A program made the translations under genes and the position numbers. 64,000 nt of DNA, taken from positions 1 through 64,000 of the forward strand of contig NIVC01001847.1 in the NCBI GenBank assembly GCA_002269645.1, given 5' to 3'. The notes below the pieces were generated by a model. It did no database searches, was not told the DNA's origin, and worked only from the letters and a program-made list of their open reading frames with translations. This DNA comes from Macrostomum lignano. Taxonomy: Eukaryota. This document shows positions 59,814-64,000 of this stretch, piece after piece (positions within the stretch are counted from its first letter, which is position 1; every line of letters starts with the position of its first letter).

Positions 59814-61097
59814 ATGTCTTTCCATTTCGGATCACAAAGTGACGAAGTCCCTACCGCTCCGCATTGCAGCTCAGGCAGAGACGGGCTTCGAGCATCGGCA
59901 TCTCCGCACAGATCGCAGCCCCACAGTTTCTCAGAGATGCGCCGGGGCTCTGTCGCCTGCCCCTTTTGTCCCAGGCGGTTCTGCCGCACCCGATCGGCAG
60001 CGGCGCAGTACTTGCGTCATGTGCGGTCACACGGAATGGGCTGCGACTCGGAGCCAGAGGAGGCGGCTGCGACCAACTCAGAAGCTGGCAGAGCGGCGGC
60101 GGTCGAGCAGGTCGAGTCTCGCAATGAGTCAGCGATGCAGCCGTGTGCAGACGGCAGTTCTGCAGTGACGAAGAGTCCCGAGTGCGAGACAGTCGGGAAC
60201 ACCCGAGCTTCAAAGAGTGCTGCAACACGGCACCGTCGAGCTCAGGCTGTCGAGAGGGCGTTCCAGTGCAACACTTGCCAGAAGAATTTCACCAGAAAAA
60301 GCTACTTAAAGGCTCACATTAGTGCAGTGCACATGAAGCTGAAACCGCACAAGTGCAAGGTGTGCGGCAAGAGATTCAGTCAAGCATGGAGCCTCTCTTC
60401 CCACTCAAGGCTGCACACAGGAGAAAAGCCATTTGAGTGCAAGGTATGCGGCAAGAGATTCAGTCGCCGCAGCAACCTCTCTTCCCACTCAAGGCTGCAC
60501 ACAGGAGAAAAGCCATTTGAGTGCAAGGTGTGCGGCAAGAGATTCAGTCAAGCATGGAGCCTCTTTTCTCACTCAAGGCTGCACACAGGAGAAAAGCCAT
60601 TTGAGTGCAAGGTGTGTGGCAAGAGATTTACTGACAGCAGCAGCCACATTAGGCACTCCAGGGTGCACACAGGAGAAAAGCCATTTGAGTGCAAGGTGTG
60701 CGGCAAGACATTTAGTCAAGCATGGAGCCTCTCTTCCCACTCAAGGCTGCACACAGGAGAAAAGCCATTTGAGTGCAAGGTATGCGGCAAGAGATTCAGT
60801 CGCCGCAGCAACCTCTCTTCCCACTCTAGGCTTCACTCAGGAGAAAAGCCTTTCGAGTGCAAGGTCTGCGGCAAAAGATTCAATCAAGCATGCAGCCTCT
60901 CTTCCCACTCCAGGCTGCACACAGGAGAAAAGCCATTTGAGTGCAAGGTGTGCGGCAAGAGATTCGGTTTCAGAAGCAGCCTCTCTTCTCACTCAAGGCT
61001 GCACACTAGAGAAAAAACATTTGAGTGCAAGGTGTGCGGCAAGCGATTTAATCAAGGCAGCCATCTGAAAACGCACGCTAATTGGCACATTGTGTAA
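59814..61097 (+). CDS. C2H2 ZNF paralogue F: atypical finger plus 10 fingers, intact
   Basis: 427-aa ORF; flanks match paralogue C. Confidence 0.92.
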   Translation: MSFHFGSQSDEVPTAPHCSSGRDGLRASASPHRSQPHSFSEMRRGSVACPFCPRRFCRTRSAAAQYLRHVRSHGMGCDSEPEEAAATNSEAGRAAAVEQVESRNESAMQPCADGSSAVTKSPECETVGNTRASKSAATRHRRAQAVERAFQCNTCQKNFTRKSYLKAHISAVHMKLKPHKCKVCGKRFSQAWSLSSHSRLHTGEKPFECKVCGKRFSRRSNLSSHSRLHTGEKPFECKVCGKRFSQAWSLFSHSRLHTGEKPFECKVCGKRFTDSSSHIRHSRVHTGEKPFECKVCGKTFSQAWSLSSHSRLHTGEKPFECKVCGKRFSRRSNLSSHSRLHSGEKPFECKVCGKRFNQACSLSSHSRLHTGEKPFECKVCGKRFGFRSSLSSHSRLHTREKTFECKVCGKRFNQGSHLKTHANWHIV

Positions 61098-62086
61098 CGA
61101 ATATTAAACTTTGCCCTCCTTGACTGCAGAAGTGAACTACCGAGTCAGAGTTCTGAGTGTTCGCCACGCGTTTTTAAGTCACTGGCAATCCATTAACAGC
61201 CTTTTTTGTCTATAAATTTTAATGATCATCCTTGAATTGTCCAAAAGTAATGCATACCGTATCTAAACCAATGGTCACTTGGTCAGTCTGAGTAGCCACT
61301 GATTGGTTTGAAGCATTTTCTGTTTTAATTAAGCACCTTCATTGACTGTACTGCTAGACCAGTGTTTCACTTTCTTGTTGCTGCCAAAGTTTTCAATTTG
61401 TTGTTTGCTTCTTATTTCATTATTTTCTGTATTACTCAGCACCCATATTTTACGTTTGACTTATTTCAACTTCTACAATAATTTCTGTAATCATTGTTAC
61501 TATAGTCTCCGCGATTGAGTTTTGTAAACGCAAAGCTAAAATTTGATCTCAAAACTTGTTTTTTCTTCATGTATTTTCGAATTACACTTGCAGCATGGCA
61601 ATCTTCACTTGTTATTTTTTAATGTCTGTCTGGATTTGTTGATTTTTATCTTAATTTTAACAAACCACCGTGTAGTGCATGGGCGCTCGGGGGTCTGTCA
61701 GACAGGAGGGTCTCGCACTGCTTGCGCCGTTTCGATTGTCTAGCTTTGCAGCTTATTGTGCGCGTCTTAGAGGTAAACTTAACTTTCTTGAGTTGACCGA
61801 AGCAGCAATCAAAGTCCGGTAAAATTAGTTGACACTGCGGTATAAAAGATACCAGCGGCAATAGTTTAGGGTTGATAGCTTTATATGTCAAGAGTTCCGT
61901 ATAGTTTGCAAGCTGCTGGTACAGACAGAGAACACACGTAACGCAACTTCTGAACTTCATCACGCCAGATCGAGTTACTGTTTCACAAAGCGTCACTGCG
62001 CCTTTTCCACTTTTTTATAGTACTTGGGTTGGGCACCCGGACCGACCCCAGTTTCTTCACAGGTAAACTGTGGAATGCAGCTGTCT

Positions 62087-62285
62087 CCTCTCCCTAGCCA
62101 CCCTATCACTCACCCAACTCACCCTAAGACTCTCCTTAGCCATCCTAACACTCACCCAAACCACCCTAAGACTCTCCCCTGCCACCCTATCACTCACCCA
62201 AATCACCCTAAGACTCTCCTTAGCCATCCTAACACTCACCCAAACCACCCTAAGCCACCCTAAGACGCACCCAAACAACCCTAGG
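62087..62285. repeat. Short version (about 4-5 copies) of the 42-bp minisatellite
   Basis: Same unit and flanks as 52317..53050. Confidence 0.9.
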
Positions 62286-62849
62286 ACTCCAATTTTTACC
62301 CTACCTACCCTGCTAACTGTTCAGCAACTTCTCTTAACGCATTTCTTCTGCCATTGCACTTTTTTAGAATTTATCTTTTTAGATTATTTTTAATATTTTA
62401 ATTAGATAACTTATTAAAGAATAAAATTGTTTTGATAGTGTTCCAAACAATACCCTTCTCTTATTTAATTCTCACCTACCGAATACTCGTTAACTATAGA
62501 GTGGTAAATGCGATTGCTGTTGTGTAAAACATTTCTCAGAGGCACTTATGCTCAGCTCCCAAGTCCCTGTCATAACAAGATTTATAATTCACATCGTCCC
62601 ACGCATAGGAAGGTAAAATACCATGCACGAATGCCATGGCGATTGCCGTCCTAATACGCTCGTACTTGTTGAAGCGCTGTAGAGCCGGTGCGCACCTGAG
62701 GGTCTTCTAATGTACAGCCACTCACACTCTCTACTATTCCCTCTCGGTCTCTGTGTACGAGCTACAGCCGGTCGCTCAGTTGCTTTTGGCCAGTTTTTAT
62801 GGACATTATGGACATTATTTATCGATTACGGTTTGTTCTATACTTCTTT

Positions 62850-63870
62850 ATTGCATCTGGTTGACTTTCAAGTCCATGACTACCACAGGTAGTAAGCACC
62901 CACTTTCATCCTTGATCTGCACTCAAACATTTTTAGTGCCACATACTGGTAGATCTTGTCCTCCATACGGTGTTATTAGGCAATTTTGGTCGGTCCAGAG
63001 TAGTTCAGTAGTTCCAGCTGTTGAGCCAGGCTCTTGGGAATGCGGTCACCATTGACCCGAAATCCACCATCATTGCGACGTCTTTACCGTTCAGTTTAAG
63101 ATCAACCCATTGAATTATTGGCTTTGTTTTGTGAAGCGGACTTTGCTCCTCCATGCGAGACGAGACGGTCTTTTAGGGCTTGCAGGCGGCTTCAAAATGA
63201 TTAATTCTCTCACAGTATCGACAGTTGGCTCCACATGCCAAGCATGACTCTAAAAGATGCTTCTTCATTAAAAAACTGCACGCCTTGCCCGAAATGCGCA
63301 TTTGGCATTGAGCACTACTTTGATGTCGCATTTTGTCCTTTGTTGAACTGACTGCTTCCACCTTTCCGTTTGAGGTCAAGGCACTCTTACTGATTTGCTT
63401 TTGCCATGTCAGCAGTCTCCACCGCAAGCATCAATGTTAACGGGCCTTTAATAATCAGTTCTTTCACCACGGAGGCATTGCACAGTCCGGCTGCAAACTG
63501 GTCTCTTAGAGCTTCTTGCAGAATGTATTCAAATACCACATCTGTCGCAGTCTCGCAGTCGGTTCTCAAAATATGCTTATGGGTACTCGTCTTGCTTCGG
63601 TTCGTTAAACCTGTGACGCTCAGGCACAAGTTTTTGTGAGGCTACTTGATTTCATCCTCTAGATTCTCGAATGCATTGACCTCTAACTTCGCCGGAGGGA
63701 CCAAGAAGTTTCCTAATTTGTCATACGCGGCTACCGCCATGAGGCTTAAAAAGTCAATCTTGAGTAAGACTCCGTCAACCTTCTCGTCTTTCATGTCCAA
63801 TTTTCTGCAGACGGCTTCAATCCGCTAAATGCCTCAGAAATTCCTTCAGTCCAGGGCGACTCCCGCAGGT
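62850..63870 (-). pseudogene. Degenerate Ty3/Gypsy gag-protease remnant (copy 2)
   Basis: Same gag motifs as copy 1, plus knuckle-like CRYCERINHFEAAC and protease-like LNGKDVAMMVDFGSMVTAF. Confidence 0.78.
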
Positions 63871-64000
63871 TCCCTCAAGACAGTGACGCCCTTGTTTTTT
63901 TCAGTTCGTCCAGAGCCAAACAGACAGAAGTTTCACGATCGTGCTGCTCAGCTAGCAGTTCTAAATGATGATGTACATTGACACTCGGCAGCTTAAAACG

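Larger units (their letters stand above)
56245..64000 (+). repeat. Segmental duplication, copy 2 (ZNF E + gag remnant + ZNF F + VNTR + gag-pro remnant), runs off the window
   Basis: Colinear with copy 1, with indels at about 59048-59568 and 62570-63200. Confidence 0.88.

Noticed and set aside
1-64000. tRNA, rRNA or other structured RNA genes
   Set aside because: None recognisable; the only tRNA-related sequence is the Gypsy PBS

Overview
Eukaryotic (metazoan) genomic DNA, not prokaryotic: spliceosomal introns, GC-rich exons in AT-rich, minisatellite-laden spacers. The style suggests a free-living flatworm such as Macrostomum (inference only). Contents from left to right: (1) an 8-exon Polo-like kinase 4 gene (minus, 13238->5544, 761 aa) with kinase domain, DSG degron, cryptic polo box and PB3; (2) more than a dozen minisatellite arrays; (3) a 2-exon TRP channel gene (20195..25824) combining about 18 ankyrin repeats with a TRPM-type pore and C-terminus, probably joined by a GC-AG intron; (4) a decayed 3-exon gene remnant, two hAT MITEs and two mariner deletion derivatives; (5) an intact, very young 9095-bp Ty3/Gypsy element (35437..44531, minus) with apparently identical 737-bp LTRs, TATG TSD, tRNA-Leu-like PBS and a GGGAAAC -1 frameshift site, plus an extra non-Env ORF3 of 409 aa with its own candidate splice acceptor; (6) a tandem cluster of six C2H2 zinc-finger paralogues (45.8-61.1 kb) built by segmental duplication and finger shuffling, interleaved with antisense gag remnants. 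The best novelty candidates are the Gypsy ORF3 system, the ankyrin-TRPM chimera and the fast-evolving ZNF cluster. All alignments and counts were done by eye; no database searches were run.
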